Of a DNA stretch of 64,000 nt, positions 62,331-64,000 are shown one piece after another. Numbering within the stretch: the stretch's first letter is position 1; every line of letters begins with the position of its first letter. Source of the stretch: Trueperaceae bacterium (GTDB lineage: Bacteria > Deinococcota > Deinococci > Deinococcales > Trueperaceae). The translations under genes were made by a program, and so were the position numbers. The notes under the pieces were generated by a model. It made no database searches, was not told the origin of the DNA, and saw only the letters and a program-made list of their open reading frames with translations. The stretch covers positions 1,696,001 to 1,760,000 of the forward strand of contig OZ243913.1 of assembly GCA_965213705.1 (NCBI GenBank), in the 5' to 3' direction.

Positions 62331-63027
62331 GGTGCCGCTGCTCAGCGTAGAGGAGTTGAACGTGTACTACGGCAGCGCCCACACGTTACAAGACGTGTCG
62401 TTCACGCTTGAAAGCGGCGCGGTCGCCCTAGTCGGGCGCAACGGGATGGGCAAAACTACGCTCTGCAACGCGCTCATGGGCCTCGTTCCGGCGCGCTCGG
62501 GTAGTGTAGCTGTCAACGGGCAAACCCTAAACGGCAAAAAACCGCACCAGCGGGCGCGGCAGGGCGTGGGTTACGTGCCGCAAGGACGGCGTATCTTCCC
62601 GTCGTTGACGGTCCACGAACACCTGGCGATGCTCTCGCAAAAAGGGGCGGCCTGGACGACTGAGCGTGTCTACGACCTATTCCCTCGGCTTTACGAGCGG
62701 CGCGGCAGCGGCGCGGGCAAGCTCTCCGGCGGCGAGCAGCAGATGTTGGCCGTGGCTCGAGCCCTACTCCTCAACGCACGTCTGCTGGTCATGGACGAAC
62801 CCTCCGAGGGTTTGGCGCCCGTGATTGTCGACCAGTTGGTAGAAACGCTGAACGCCCTCGTAGAAGAGGACATCGGTTTGCTTATCGTCGAGCAGAAGTT
62901 GGAGGTGGCGGCGCACCTGTCAAACCGCATCCTGGTCATGATGAACGGGCGGATTGTGACGGAGACGAGCGCAAGCGACCTGCTGACCGACGAAGGGGCG
63001 CAGCGGCGTTACCTGGGGATAGGTTGA
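62323..63027 (+). CDS. ABC ATPase (LivF-like)
   Basis: GRNGMGKT, LSGGEQQM, DEPSEGLAP. Confidence 0.9.
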   Translation: MSEVPLLSVEELNVYYGSAHTLQDVSFTLESGAVALVGRNGMGKTTLCNALMGLVPARSGSVAVNGQTLNGKKPHQRARQGVGYVPQGRRIFPSLTVHEHLAMLSQKGAAWTTERVYDLFPRLYERRGSGAGKLSGGEQQMLAVARALLLNARLLVMDEPSEGLAPVIVDQLVETLNALVEEDIGLLIVEQKLEVAAHLSNRILVMMNGRIVTETSASDLLTDEGAQRRYLGIG

Positions 63028-63163
63028 GCAACCGTTGACGCTAGGCCGGAACCCGACGAATTTCAGAATTTCCAAAATGACTGGGTCGGTAACCTTGAAA
63101 AGGGTGCGGTTATTTCTGGAAGCGGCGGTGTGTGCAAAGTGCGCTACGCTCACCCCGTCAACA

Positions 63164-63228
63164 GCAAACGCAAAGGTTACAAACGCAAAGGTTGCGAATC
63201 AACAAAGGTCGTGAATCCACAAAGGCTA
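63164..63228. repeat. Four imperfect 15-17 bp tandem repeats with a CAAAGG core
   Basis: caaacgcaaaggtta/caaacgcaaaggttg/cgaatcaacaaaggtcg/tgaatccacaaaggcta. Confidence 0.65.
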
Positions 63229-63239
63229 TAACTATAGGC

Positions 63240-64000
63240 ATGGACCCGCATCCTACCGACTTGGAACCTGTGAAGACAGAGAGCGCCGCCGAGCCACCGG
63301 GTGCTCCCGGCATCCGGCAGCAAAAACAGAGTGAAAAAGTGGGCCGGGCTTACGCCGAAGCCCTCATCGACACGCTCCGCGAAGGCCTGCTGGTGCTGGA
63401 CAACAGCTTGCGTGTCGAAACTGCCAACCCATCTTTTTACCGTATGTTCCAAGTCACCGAACAAGAAACCCTCGGCAAGCTCGTTTTTGAAATTGGTGAC
63501 GGTGAGTGGGCAAGCCCGGCCCTGCGCGAGTTGTTGGAAGACATCTTGCCCAAAAACAAAGTCGTCATGGGTTTTGAGCTGACGTACAAGTTCAAAGGTA
63601 GCAGCCGCACGTTGTCGCTGAACGCCAGGCAAGTCGACCACGTCCAGAGAATTTTGCTGACCCTGGAAGACGTAACCGAACAGCGCCGGTCGGAACACGC
63701 GGAGCGGGTCAAGAGCGAACAGCTCTACCGGGCCATCGCCGCGAACCTGCCGGGCGGCGCGGCCTTTGTCGTGGACCGCGACTTGCGTTACCGGCTCGCC
63801 GCAGGAGAAGCGCTCGCCGGGGCGGGTCTGACCCCGGCCGACCTCGAGGGCCGCCCTCTTCACGAAGTCGTCGAAAAAGGACTGGCCCCCACCTACGAGT
63901 TGCTTTACCAACAAGCGCTTTCGGGTCAGAGTTTCCGCTGGGAACACAGCGTACAGGGGCGTTACTACATGTCTCACGGCACCCCGCTCAGAGACGAAGC
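63240..64000 (+). CDS. Multi-PAS domain sensor protein, 3' truncated by window edge
   Basis: Own translation from ATG 63240: YAEALIDTLREGLLVLD...ANPSFYRMF...ILLTLEDVTE, then a second PAS NLPGGAAFVVDRDLRY; no stop, so absent from the ORF track. Confidence 0.85.
   Translation, partial: MDPHPTDLEPVKTESAAEPPGAPGIRQQKQSEKVGRAYAEALIDTLREGLLVLDNSLRVETANPSFYRMFQVTEQETLGKLVFEIGDGEWASPALRELLEDILPKNKVVMGFELTYKFKGSSRTLSLNARQVDHVQRILLTLEDVTEQRRSEHAERVKSEQLYRAIAANLPGGAAFVVDRDLRYRLAAGEALAGAGLTPADLEGRPLHEVVEKGLAPTYELLYQQALSGQSFRWEHSVQGRYYMSHGTPLRDE

Noticed and set aside
54470..64000. tRNA-anchored integrative element
   Set aside because: No integrase and no duplicated tRNA 3' end seen within the window

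Overview
GC-rich bacterial chromosomal window. Gene content, leaderless-type promoters, the long HflX and a Deinococcus-type repeat point to Deinococcota, probably Trueperaceae-like (inference). Core genes: clpS-clpS-clpA, tig-clpP-clpX, uvrB, rsmA, carD, greA, miaA, hflX, fni, an lptC/lptA-like trio, a thiolase and a tRNA-Pro/Gly/Arg cluster. There are three ABC importers (Ugp-like, YnjBCD-like, Liv-like). Accessory material: a small AT-richer insert (frameshifted nucleotidyltransferase with its partner, plus SMI1/KNR4), a VapBC pair, a decayed BTAD-ATPase regulator, a general-stress cluster (NarL regulator, lmo0937, YihY, DUF3618, GH13) and a LacI-controlled cupin / Tm-1-like / TIM-barrel / ABC operon of unknown function. 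Best leads: that operon, tandem ClpS paralogs with different N-degron pockets, an apparent ATC start codon for hflX, strong over-representation of CTCGAG, a C6-loop sRNA candidate and alternative pairing stems around tRNA-Gly. No CRISPR array, rRNA, integrase or intact transposase was seen. All calls come from motif recognition by eye; no searches were run.
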